64,000 bases of DNA, taken from contig NW_002060948.1 in NCBI RefSeq assembly GCF_000150275.1, positions 2,844,180-2,908,179 on the forward strand. Direction: 5' to 3'. The notes beneath the pieces were generated by a model. It saw only the letters and a program-made list of their open reading frames with translations, ran no database searches and was not told the DNA's origin. Of the stretch, positions 52,701 through 64,000 are shown in pieces. Origin of the DNA: Trichoplax adhaerens (Eukaryota > Animalia > Placozoa). Within the stretch, counting starts at the first letter, position 1; every line of letters starts with the position of its first letter. A program made the position numbers and the translations under genes.

Positions 52701-55333
52701 CTTGGAATGAAATGTCAAGAAGAAGGCCACAAGGATGTCATTGCTAAGCAGACAGAATCGCTAAGTTATATGCGACAAAAATTAAATTTGGTAGAGGAGG
52801 ATTTGCCTTATCGTAAGTTTTAATGTCATTTTGTTACTACTTAACAATATTTGAAATCTTCGATCCGATATTTTGCTATAGTAAGTGAAACACGGAGTTA
52901 AAATTATTTCAGTAGATAGTTTTACTGATTGAATTTTGCTCTAAATATTCGTATTTCTAATAATTGCCAAGTCTTGGACGTAGTATTTGATTTTTATAGC
53001 CTAATTTTATTACCCTATATTGTGGTTTCATATCATTCATCATTTCTTGATACATCTTATTTTTACTACTGAGTAGTAAGTATCGTCTTAATAGCACTAA
53101 TTTTATCTTCGTTCTTATTCAAGGGTCAGATAGGGAAGAAGCAATGTTTCAATTATCACAAATGAAGAAAGAACTTAGTAATATTAAGGCATTCCAAAAA
53201 TCAACATCGACGATGAATAAGTTAGTTTCAAAAGCAAATGCATCAGGAACTGATAAAGGCAAGAAGAAGCAGAATAATTCCAACATGCGTGGTCGAGGCG
53301 GTTCTAATAAAGGAGATCCGTTGGCAGCCAGTACTATAGAGTCGTTGGAATTAAGCGAGAAATCGGTTAGTTTACTATCGACTCAATATTATAAGAAAGT
53401 TATTTTTTATTAACAAAATGCAACTTTTAAATAACTGTAAGAAATTATTGAATAGCCTTCGCGAAAACTTATTAAAACTAATGCCCATTTTGAGAATTTT
53501 ATACACTAATGATTCACGTTTAACGTTTTAATTTTATAGTACTTCTCACTATTGAGGGCAATACAAATGGTCTTGCGAGTAAATGATGTTCCAGGCACAG
53601 CTTCTTTTACTTCTGTAACACTGGATGAAAAGTCACAGTTATTGAATGAGCGCCATGAGGTAAAATATAAAATTTAATTAAACTTTAGATAAATTCACAT
53701 AATTGGCATCTGTACATTAGCTTTTTGTTCCAGCTTATGAATTAGTATCAAAGTCTACAATATGTAGTATAGCATCTGTAATTCGTAGATGATTTTAAAA
53801 TAAATCACGGAATTCCTGTTTGAAATATGGCAAGATGACAATGATCCTGTTATACTTTATAGGCTGCAGAAATGCTATCGAGTCAAATTCGTGTTTTACA
53901 AAAGAAGATAGAAAATAAAGACAAATTACTGGCAGGTTATGAAGACGACTTACAAAAATTACGGTACGTTTAAATTATTAGGTAATCACTAAATTTCTTA
54001 GTTTTCATATTGATTAATATAACTTTGTTATTTTAATTGTTTAGAAACTATGAAGAGACTAATGAAAGAAGAACAGCGGATATAAAACTATTAGAGGTAA
54101 TTTCAGTTTCATTTATTAGCCATCCGGTGATAATCTTAGTTATTTCCATTACTTGTAGAACATTAGGATACAATGAGATACTATCATTTATTTTAAATTA
54201 GTTTTTCTTTAACATGGCTAAATTTNNNNNNNNNNNNNNNNNNNNNNNNNNNNNNNNNNNNNNNNNNNNNNNNNNTGATTAGATTTTTACATTGATATTA
54301 TATATTTATTTAAATAGTGTTCTAATAAGACTATACCGTTCGTTTTAATTGTGTCGGAACTGCTTGCAATGTCGTACTTAAAATCAATGCAAATACCAAC
54401 GTGATTGACTAATTGTAACTGCTTTATATGTATATTATGTGATAATGCCGATTTTAGTAGTGTATAGAATGATTATAAAAATAAACACTATATACTACAT
54501 CTCCTTTTTTATGTTAGATTGTATAGATAGAATTTGAAGATTAAATGATGTAATGTAGCTATTATTTATACTTTAATGTTACAGGCATTTTATTCGGAAC
54601 GTAAAGTAGCAGATTATGCTAAACCTAAACAGCCTAAGATTCCAGATGAAATAACGGATTTTAAAGTTAGAATTAATGCTTAGCAAGAATAGTAGCTAGA
54701 ACTCTAATATAAAGCGTGATCTAAACTACAGTTAGTGCTGCCTCTAATAAATTATAAACTAAATCACATTTTCAACTTCCTTTGAATAGGCAAAAACAAA
54801 AAAAAAGGTTAAGGATCGGAAATTAAAGAGAAAAGACTACGAAATTACAACACTAAAAAAGGTAATTAGTGCTACCAATTATAGTAATATAACGTCCAAA
54901 TTATTTTATGTAATTATTGGATCTTTATAAAAAATTCTATACTAGAATTAAAGTTCTTGTAATATACATTTGTGCTTAGGAACTCAAGGATGCAGATAAG
55001 CGTTTAAATGAAACGGCAGCTAAATTACTAGTGATGGAACGAGAGGTATATATGTAGAATAATGTTGAAAGTGATCGTTTTATACTCACAGGCCATAATA
55101 AATCATTGCTTAAAACTATTAGCGTCGTAGATCTGAGAGTGTAAAGACAACTGATAGTTTACAACTAATACTATTTTACGATAGCGGTTGAATTAAAAAT
55201 TATTGATACCCAAAATATGGTACTGAGGATTTACTGTACTGATTGTTGGCTTACTTTAAATTTTCTTTAGGATAAATTTACTCAAAATTCCATAAATGCT
55301 AATTCGGAACAGAGTGAACACTCTGATTATTAA
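46707..55333 (+). CDS. FHAD1: Forkhead-associated domain-containing protein 1 (N-terminal FHA + long coiled coil), >25 exons, interrupted by an assembly gap
   Basis: Exon 1 MKGYLKSSDGLFLLDPRFTTIGRDNCDLLLQ and exon 2 SPNLERRHAIIEY...LRDLNTANGTYVND...LAPGDILRF resemble the FHAD1 N-terminus. Later exons include RQHALTIVAMEDKL, DLAGASAKLTDMTGELNEQQK, LGMKCQEEGHKDVIAKQ and LKRKDYEITTLKKEL. The last exon is 55271-55333. Confidence 0.85.
54226..54275. other. Assembly gap (50 N) inside FHAD1
   Basis: Run of N characters. Exon(s) may be missing. Confidence 0.99.
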
Positions 55334-55809
55334 TGTAGCGCAAGCATCGTATATGTACCGTGCGCTTGATGTTTAAAATCTTTGACTCAAAAGAATACTG
55401 GATTGATCCTTAATATCTTGTATGTAGTTCTACTTAATTATCCTATTATGACACAATTTTGCTCATTTTAATAGTAAATTCAAATCTATTGTATATAGAA
55501 TGCGATTTTTGAGAAATTGCTGACAAGCAAGGTTATCAATTCACTTGTATAGCTTGATATGACCTGTCTAATTTACTATAAATTCGGACATTATATTAGC
55601 ACTTTATAATGTCATCCATAAATTTTTATTATTCGCAGTTGTCTCTATTCTGGCACAATTTGTTTTAAATCTATGCGTAAAAGAATCAATTAACTGTACT
55701 AGATTACTATGTTTCACTTAATTACATGTTATTTTATATAATTAGTAATATAAAGAATTTTTATTCCATTGTAAAATTACAATTGACATGAGTTACAAAT
55801 GCAAATCAA

Positions 55810-56145
55810 TACATTAAACAGAACTACAAGGTTAACATTATATAGTGTACAATATAGTATATTGGTTAGGTGTAATGGTATAGCTAATGTTTAAGTTTAT
55901 TCTAGTACATAATGAACAACAATTTTAATTTTTGGTTTATGACTACGTAATCTAGAAATAAAATGAATGGAACAAACAAGCAATGTACACTAAACAAAAC
56001 TACAAGCTTAACACTATTAGATGTGTAATAGTTAGGTGTAATGGCATGGCTGATATTGAAGTCTATGCTAGTACATAACAAGCACCACAGCGCCAGTTTC
56101 GCTTTTTGGCTAACAACATCTTAATCTAGCAAAAAAATCCGAATA
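55810..56145. repeat. Diverged ~175-bp tandem duplication between the convergent 3' ends of FHAD1 and FBXO31
   Basis: TACA.TAAACA.AACTACAAG.TTAACA.TAT...GTTAGGTGTAATGG.AT.GCT.AT.TT.AAGT.TAT.CTAGTACATAA...TAATCTAG occurs at ~55811 and ~55986. Confidence 0.8.
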
Positions 56146-56665
56146 CATTTCAATTAACTATTAATTAATAACATAATCATTGCAGTTTGTGTTCAACAGT
56201 TAATACGTGCTTAATTGATGATTACAGTATAAGATAAAGTACATTTAAATATACGATCTATGATTGATCAAGATCTTACTTGTATTTTTAATTCTGAAGT
56301 ACAAGAGGTAGGTGTCTATCTTAATAGTGTAGCAGTCGTTAAGCAATAGAAAAATATCAAACCACATCTGATATTTACGGTGTTGCATTGTATATTACCT
56401 TGTTCAAGATTTATACACTACGATGGGTATAATTAGTCAATAGACAATTTATGGAAGAGTCAATTTGTCTCCTTTGATAATAACGCATATATTAGAATAA
56501 GTATTACTGTAGATATTACAGTATGAATTATTTCATTGGACGCAAAAAGCAATTACTCAGCAGATCCAGATATAAAATAGACTATAGAATGGCCATACAT
56601 TTATGATTTAACGTGCAAATACAGCAAAATTTGTATCAATGTTAAGTATAAATATGTAGAATGTT

Positions 56666-57913
56666 TTAATTCTTCCATGAGATTCCAGCTTGGCCTAAAA
56701 ATAAATCTTGATCACTCAAAGCTCTAAATAGAATAAATGACTTTAATCTTTCCATCCATAAGAAACCAAAGGTATCTTTATCGAAAACTACTAAGCGACC
56801 TGGTATAAATTTGGCATCTTTATAGCCATGATAAGCTATCTGGCCTTCCCCTTCAAATTCACCATAATAATGAGAGGGTATACCATGTGAACGATGAGTA
56901 TAATCTTCAGGTAGTGAGAAAGGGAAAATTTTTCCACCGTCTTTTAACACATAAGGTCGGTCCATTGATTCGCTCGTGACGGGCTTATCAAGAAATGCCT
57001 TAATACTAACTTTTCCAGCAGGTACATTAGGATCACCAGATAGTTTCTGACCAATTAATTCATTCTTGTCGATATAGACATGCAATGTCTCAACACCGTG
57101 TGCTCCGTAAGAGCCAGAATAGATGCCGCAACGCAATGGAAAATTTTCACTAATAGATCGCTGTGATAGGCTGACGAGGCGTTTATAAGAGGTTAATTGC
57201 CAAGTAAATAAGTTAGCATATAATTTTTTTTCTAATAAAGTACGCGTTACAATGTCTTCGTCATCATAATAAGGATTCTCTTCTAAAAACCACTGCTTAT
57301 ATGTATCACTATTTGAGAATGAATTGATAGCAATTATAGATAATGCTACATCATCCCTATCTAAACACTTCAATTGAAATTCCAAGACAAGTTGTTCTTC
57401 ATCTCTTTTAGAGATGATAATGTTACCCATACATTCATGGCCCAAAAATGAAAATGATAAAATTTTAGTAGATATCCTATTATCATCATAGCAAGGGATA
57501 ATTTTAAATAGACAACGATGTAGAATATTAAATTCACCCGAATTTTCTAACAAACGTTCATTTCGTCGTAGTACATATTCATTACAAATAATAGCACCAT
57601 TATCAATTTTAATACAGACCAAACCACCATAAGGATCAACAACACGATACCATAAGCCTAATAAGGGGCCATAACGATATAATATTTTTTGATAAAATTC
57701 TTTAAAAGTGTGGATATCTTGCCATGACTCAATCTCACGGATGTTGTATTGATTTTTACAATGTTGTTGCCAAATCCAATCACTTTGAGTAGCATGATAA
57801 AAATTTCTACAAACTAAAGATACGGCAAGATAATCTTTTATAGGTATAAACTGAAAAATATGAAGAATTAGTTCTGTAGGGAGATGTTCAATGGATGTGG
57901 ATGCAGTCGCCAT
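56666..57913 (-). CDS. FBXO31: F-box only protein 31 (SCF substrate receptor), single-exon CDS, 415 aa
   Basis: N-terminal F-box (LPTELILHIFQFIP..DYLAVSLVCRNF), followed by the FBXO31-type motifs YGPLLGLW...PYGGL, GSYGAHGVE, KLSGDPNVPAG and GEGQIA..G...FIPG.L..FD.D.FGFLW. Confidence 0.9.
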   Translation of the reverse strand: MATASTSIEHLPTELILHIFQFIPIKDYLAVSLVCRNFYHATQSDWIWQQHCKNQYNIREIESWQDIHTFKEFYQKILYRYGPLLGLWYRVVDPYGGLVCIKIDNGAIICNEYVLRRNERLLENSGEFNILHRCLFKIIPCYDDNRISTKILSFSFLGHECMGNIIISKRDEEQLVLEFQLKCLDRDDVALSIIAINSFSNSDTYKQWFLEENPYYDDEDIVTRTLLEKKLYANLFTWQLTSYKRLVSLSQRSISENFPLRCGIYSGSYGAHGVETLHVYIDKNELIGQKLSGDPNVPAGKVSIKAFLDKPVTSESMDRPYVLKDGGKIFPFSLPEDYTHRSHGIPSHYYGEFEGEGQIAYHGYKDAKFIPGRLVVFDKDTFGFLWMERLKSFILFRALSDQDLFLGQAGISWKN

Positions 57914-58514
57914 GACACCTAATAGAGTACAAAGTAGGGCAATACTAGTGGAGGAATACTTTTACTACGAGTAGTCAAGGCGTAGAATCAATTTGTATTT
58001 GTAAACTAGTAACATCAACCAGGCTTGTTATCTAATTGAACTCTTTCTTCTGTCCATCAGTATTACAACTGTAAATTCAGTTGGATTAAAGTACAATTTG
58101 ATTTGTCGCTGGAACTGATTTTCAATTTCTATTTTCTCAATGTTTTAAGGATTTGAGCCGACTTACTTTAGCCTATAAACGAATAGAAATCAAGTTAAGC
58201 TATGAAAGGGAAGACTGCAATCCAAGTCGATGATAACGTTGCGATAGCAATCAACCGACTACAAATGCACGCAGTGATGAGTACACGCATACTCTTGCTA
58301 ATAAATTGCATCGACAATCATATACCTTGAATTTCTTGTGTATGCTACTTCTAAATGGCTGTCCAATATGCAATCAAGAAGCAAAAGATGGCCTTGCAAT
58401 AGAGCGAAGAAGAATTCATATGTCGTTGCAAGCCAAGTTCACCATACTGTACATGGCAATCATATCTCAATTTACTATGATCGATTTCTACGGTCTCAGA
58501 TCTCTGCTTTGCTT

Positions 58515-58730
58515 GTACAGTACAGTACTGTACTGTACTGTACATACAGTGCTGTACAAAGTGTCTCAGATGTCTTTCCTAGTACGTACTGTACAGTACA
58601 GTATTGTACTTCGAACTACAGTACTACAGTACTGTAAAGTCAATACCGTTGCTGTTACCGTTACAGTGCAGTATTACTGTACTGTACACTGTAGCCTTCA
58701 ATGTGATACAGTATATGTACAGTATATCCT
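58515..58730. repeat. Low-complexity CAGTA/TACTG pentamer cluster upstream of FBXO31
   Basis: GTACAGTACAGTACTGTACTGTACTGTAC and many further CAGTA/TACTG copies. Confidence 0.85.
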
Positions 58731-59944
58731 GTGCGGTTATAAACTGTTATATCGCTCTTCTTGGCCACTTATAATAACACTACAGTAATATTTACAGTAT
58801 AATAAAGTTCACTTCAGCACTCAAGCTCTAGTTAACTCTTTTAATTACATTACAAATTTTACTGAAAGAATTTGTAATAAGAACCAAAATATTTTTTAAA
58901 TTTTGAACAGTCCAGATGATACTAACTTAATGCTCTGGCCAACTAGTGCATCCGTTAAGCAACAAATGCTGGTATGACGTATTCGTGTCAATCATTGTAC
59001 GCGTACTTGTGTATGATGGTAGGGTAGCACTAGTACCATTTGCAGCCAGGTTTACGAGGGACACTTGTATGTAGTCCTACTATCGTCTGTCACATTTGTC
59101 CGCTTCGTTACAGATTGTTTAGAATTAATTAATTTCCATGCCTTTTATTACACAAGATAACGCCATAGTTCAATGTATCTAGAGAATTAAATTCACGGCT
59201 TTACATTATTTACTAGTCGAGATCAAAGATAATAATAATACTATTTCTGAATAAGATATATAATGCATCAATCCTGTTTATAAAAATTAATTTAAGTTCT
59301 ATTTATACTGTATATGTAACCATTCTTATTACAGCTTGTGAGAGAAATTCTTTACTTAGTCAATATTAAAATATTTATATAGCAGTACAGTATTGTAGCA
59401 CGTAAACCGTGACTGCAGCACTTTCAAAATTTTTTGTTGCATTCAATGCAGTAATTAATAATAATTGCTAGAGGGAAGTACAGATACGAATAGTCAAAGC
59501 GGTATCAAAATTTGATATTTTCAGCATGACAACGTTTCAAGATGCTAGTAACCATGGCGAATGAACATTCTAATTCTGACAAGGTAACATGTTCGTTATA
59601 TCAGAGACTACTCCAAAAAGAATTTTCTCTTTCGACAATTCTATGGTTATATTTTGTAATACAATAACAGTTCAATTAGCTTTATCAAATGATCATGTCC
59701 AGATAGCACCTATTTCAAAATATATTATGGCAACAATTATAGGCACATGTACAGTATATATAAAATAGCTTCAACCAATAATGCACAATGCAGGTCCAGT
59801 CTATACCAAAGGCAATAATATTTGTATAGTACTGTTTACGTTATCTTAGGAAAAATAGTTCAGCGAGCAAGATAATCCATTACAATTGATTTCTATCCTT
59901 TTAAAACAACCTCTGCTAATGAGAGTCTTTTCATTTCCAACTAA

Positions 59945-62429
59945 CTAGGCCTCAGGTGCTATATTGGAATCTTGGATAAGCTGTTCAGATTCTATAATAC
60001 TTGAGTAAGGTGGGGGAGAGCTAAAAGAGCCACTACAATTTCTACCTTCATTAACATTATCCGTAGGATGCAAGCTGATATCGGCGGTTGTAGTACCATT
60101 GGGTTCTTCCTCCATTGTTCCAATAACCACTTGAAACGAAGCTGTCAAATTTTCACCTCGGGGTACAATTACAAGGAACTAATGTACAAAGCAGATCGAA
60201 ATTATAACAAGTGATAATATTGTAAGCACAATTCCACTATTACCCAATGATCAATATTTAATAATAGGTTACAAAGAAACTAGCAAAAATTACGTAGACC
60301 AAGCCAGTAAATTGAAACTTACATTCAGAGCGAATGTAATTTCCATTAGATTGCAATTAAGGATAGTTGATGCAATATTCGCAGGCACTATAAAGGGCTT
60401 GTTCTCCAAATTTATGGTGTCCCCTGGTTTCACCTCTCCGTAAGACATCCTGGCAATTTCTGTCGATTTCAGGGCTGATCTGTCTACGTGAACGTAAAAA
60501 CTCTGATTACTAATTTCGGCATGCAAAGATACGGATTAACCTGCTATCTTGACGATAGCGAATAGTTATAATCATGAAGAAATATCAATCCCCGGGAGGT
60601 GTTCAAAGTGGTGCCAAAAATATTCAAGATTTAATTTATACTGTCTGTACAATGTTCAAAACAGGTATACCTTGAGCTTTATAGTTCTCAATGCGCATTA
60701 GATGAACAGTTACATCTGGAACTTTTCGCTTGGAATAGTTTTGAACTTCACCAAGAATGAGGCATGGCTGCAACGGCAGATATGCTACTTTTTCAATAAC
60801 TGCTAATAACTTGATAGATCCTGATCCACAGCAACAGCGCCGTACTCGGGTTTCTTGTTCTACAGGATTAGGTAAATGCTAAATATAGAAATATTGAAGG
60901 TTATTTGTTTGCTTTCTTCATTTTACCTTATCGTTTGATTATATCTAATACTTTCCTACTACATATTCGGAAATAACTGCATAATGATAAATTATAACTA
61001 TTCTAATCATTCTTTTACATAAACTAAAATCGATATTTCAGTTTCCATAACCATAAGCGAGAGTATAACTTAGCAGTAGCGGTATCGTATCAGTTTGTGG
61101 TCAACTCGCTGAATGAAGAATAACTATATACATACGCGCACTACGAATAATAACTAATGCTACTCTATAACTTGGTTATAGGCCTGAATTTTTTTAAAAA
61201 TCATCATTTTGTCGCACTTTGAAACAACGGCTACACGATGCCTTACCGAGTAACATGGATCGTTGATATTGATAACATTTCTAATGGTGAACGGTTTCAG
61301 TTTTTTATCAGAATTTCCTTTCGGATAATTAAAGATAGTTTCAATGCCATAAGCAACGTGGATATGCTTCGGTTGCTCTGCATCCTGATAAGTCGATGGT
61401 AAATTTCTTGGTAGGACGAAAGAGAAAGGAAATCTATGCTCCCCTTGAGGTATACCCGAGGTACCTCCTTGTTCTACATGTAAAATATGGCATTAGTTTT
61501 CAAGTGTTTTCCTTCTTACCATTAATTATTAGTGGCGAAGTGACGTACTTCAATAACACTTACTATATTGCTGTACTAACAGTTAAATTAATCAAATTTA
61601 GAAGTATATTTTCGCAGCAGTCTATAATCATGGAAATAATTCACATCAGGTGTACACTGCACTGTAGTATTACGATTTATCTTGTGACTGATCGAAATTG
61701 TTCCTTATCCACTACTGTAACTGTATTACCACGAAATTTTTAACTTCTTTCCTAAGTCAGGTCGCCAATTATAGCGAACATAATGATAATCATCTCCACT
61801 ACAGTATATGTAGATGTGATTCTAGGGTTTAATTTCATTTTCGGTAATACGTCGATGCCCAATAATATTGTATACTAAGCAGTGTATAGGGTAGAAGATG
61901 ATTACCAACGTGATATATTCTAACGTTACTGTACAATAGCATAATAGAATGACGACATAACTTACTGTATTTGTGAATCTACAATACAGTAATGTACATT
62001 CATTCGATAAGAACGAACATACAAGTATATACTGTCAACAATTTTTAGATTGTTCGGGTATGACTGCCGCCTGAGCTTATAGCGCACTAACATCTTCGAT
62101 CAAAATGGTTAAAAATTATAATTACAGAGGAAGCGTACATCAATGAATTCGATCGATATCATGGCGAAGCACACGTATTTACCTACGCCAACAAGTACTA
62201 TCTTCTGTTCAAAGATAACATAACAGTCGCGAAATGTCGACTGACGGCCAGATACATCTTTGGCTTTTATTTTAGTAGCTGCAATGCCAGATACTTTTAA
62301 GGTAATATTTTGGACTAATACGTTGCTTGTTGCTCGAAATGATACGTTTCCCGAAATTTGATCATTAGGATAGTAGTATTCCTTTTCATCGGTGACCAGA
62401 ACCTCTAGATTTTTAATCTTTTTAGGCAT
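59945..62429 (-). CDS. Alpha-arrestin (arrestin domain-containing, ARRDC-like), 5 exons, C-terminal PPxY
   Basis: Exons ~62429-62183, 61473-61248, 60878-60671, 60483-60323 and 60178-59945. Motifs YYPNDQISGNV, GEHRFPFSFVLPRNLPSTY, RRCCCGSGSIKL, FQVVIGT and SPPPYS. Confidence 0.88.
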
Positions 62430-62838
62430 GATTCAAATTGAATAGACCGTGAATCCGTTGGGCCTACTGGACCAAAGAGGTAGTAGCAGGGATTACAGTA
62501 AGTCAATTCTTCAATTGCTTTACGTTCAAAAAGAGAGTGTAGGTGATGATATACGGAGTTTCAAATTGATCTAAAAGAACGACAGAATATGTTGCCAGCC
62601 ACGAAAATGCAATGTCTACTTGCGAGCATGATCCAATGCTCGAAGGGAAAGCGGATTACTTAAAATTACACTTTAGTCGCCCGTCGCCTTGTCTAAAATA
62701 AGAAACATTTTGATATACAATACTGTGCTGTATTCATACAGTACAGTACAGTACAGTCTTTTCTTTCAGCAGTCTTGGTACTGTAAAGTCAGTACTGTAC
62801 TGCATACCGTACTCTACCGTATCTTGCAGTAATTACTG

Positions 62839-63009
62839 TAGAATCTCAGCTTGTGCTTTACTTCGCTATGAGGTAATGATCGAAAAAAAGTAAAGTAATC
62901 AAGTGGAAACAGTATCTTGTGGTAATTAGAATCTCAGCTTGTACTTTACTTCGCTATGAGGTAATGATTGGAAAAAAGTAAAGTAATCAAGTGGAAACAG
63001 TATCATGTA
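62839..63009. repeat. 88-bp near-identical tandem duplication upstream of the alpha-arrestin
   Basis: TAGAATCTCAGCTTGT(G/A)CTTTACTTCGCTATGAGGTAATGAT...AAGTGGAAACAGTATC occurs at 62839 and 62927. Confidence 0.92.
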
Positions 63010-64000
63010 CGGCAGTTTACCAGACTTTCACACCATTCTTTTAATATTCGAGTTGTAACTTAGAACTCACTATACTAGCAGTACAGTGTACAGTACTGTA
63101 CTGTACAAGAACTTGTAGTGAACGCGCATGACCTGACGTAATGCTTTTAAATATCATGTGTAAAAACAGGGAGTTACTGCAAGGAAAGAAAGAAAAATGA
63201 CTTTATCCGTTCTTAATGTTAGTCAATACAACGTGATTAGCAGTCCTGAACTCCATCTGATGTTACGATAAGTGTTGGCGAATGAACAAATTGATTCACC
63301 TAATTCTGCTAAAATGAGTGTCTGTGAGTACACCAGTCTACTGCAGTCTAGTGGTACAAAAGTCCTTAAATGCCCATATTGACGTCATAACTAAGAGGGG
63401 ACTGTTGGCGTTGCTATATTGTACGTGCAGGACGTAATACGCGCATCAAAAAGGCCTAGTAAGTCAATTGTGCACTCGTACTACAGCTAGCTATTAGGGA
63501 TTCACTACAGTTGAAATAAATCAAAATAGAATTGATTGAGTCTATGACTTGTATATATAAATAATACGATAGATCCAATGGATTCAACTATACGAGTATA
63601 ACTATTATTACGTGTAAGTAGTATTTATGAGATTGAACGCAACATCGCATCAAAATTACAATCATTCACAAGTGTAAAAAAATTGTATTTGTTTATTTAG
63701 TATTTAGTCTACAATTTTGACCTTAAATACAGTGATCAGGAATGATTAGATTTGTTAGTAGTTAGAAATTGACATGTAAAAGGTTAGTGGTTCTCACCTC
63801 TCAATTCATACTAGGTATTAATATTAACAATTTTAAATCGCCTCTGATAAATTAGAACTTAGGCTTCTCAATACTTGCATAGTTAAGCATGATGACGATC
63901 ACGATTGTTTCAATTGTTTTCGTCAAAGTAGTCTACATTTCTAATCAGATTATTTCATATCGAATCGATGTTTTCCTCTAGTCTTTCTGATACTACGCTA

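Noticed and set aside
58306-58788. 160-aa ORF and overlapping ORFs
   Set aside because: These are products of the CAGTA/TACTG low-complexity tract (Y/S/T/V/Q/C bias) with no recognisable domain.

Overview
AT-rich eukaryotic (animal) genomic DNA with many short GT-AG introns. The composition and compact intron-rich genes suggest an early-branching metazoan such as a placozoan (Trichoplax-like); this is inference only. Seven protein-coding genes were identified by reading the exons by hand. (1,2) Two tandem paralogous 9-exon adhesion/secretin-like 7TM receptors (+, 1066-7646 and 11256-17463). Their ectodomain is a signal peptide plus one SEA-like domain plus a short stalk, with no GAIN/GPS domain. 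(3) A 13-exon GH37 trehalase with a probable GPI signal (-, 18524-24699). (4) A type II membrane trefoil + single GH31 alpha-glucosidase of the sucrase-isomaltase/maltase-glucoamylase type (-, 28126-40512), with a 6.6-kb first intron. (5) TAF10 (+). (6) FHAD1 (+), with an upstream RFX X-box, a GC-AG intron and an assembly gap. (7) FBXO31 (-), with an intronless CDS. An alpha-arrestin (ARRDC-like, -) makes an eighth gene. Non-coding items include a solo-LTR-like element, a ~110-bp intronic tandem array, several local duplications and promoter-proximal CAGTA/TACTG clusters. The most notable observation is the pair of GAIN-less SEA-7TM receptors, in which a symmetric exon encoding a Cys-bounded loop sits where the SEA GSVVV autoproteolysis loop normally lies.
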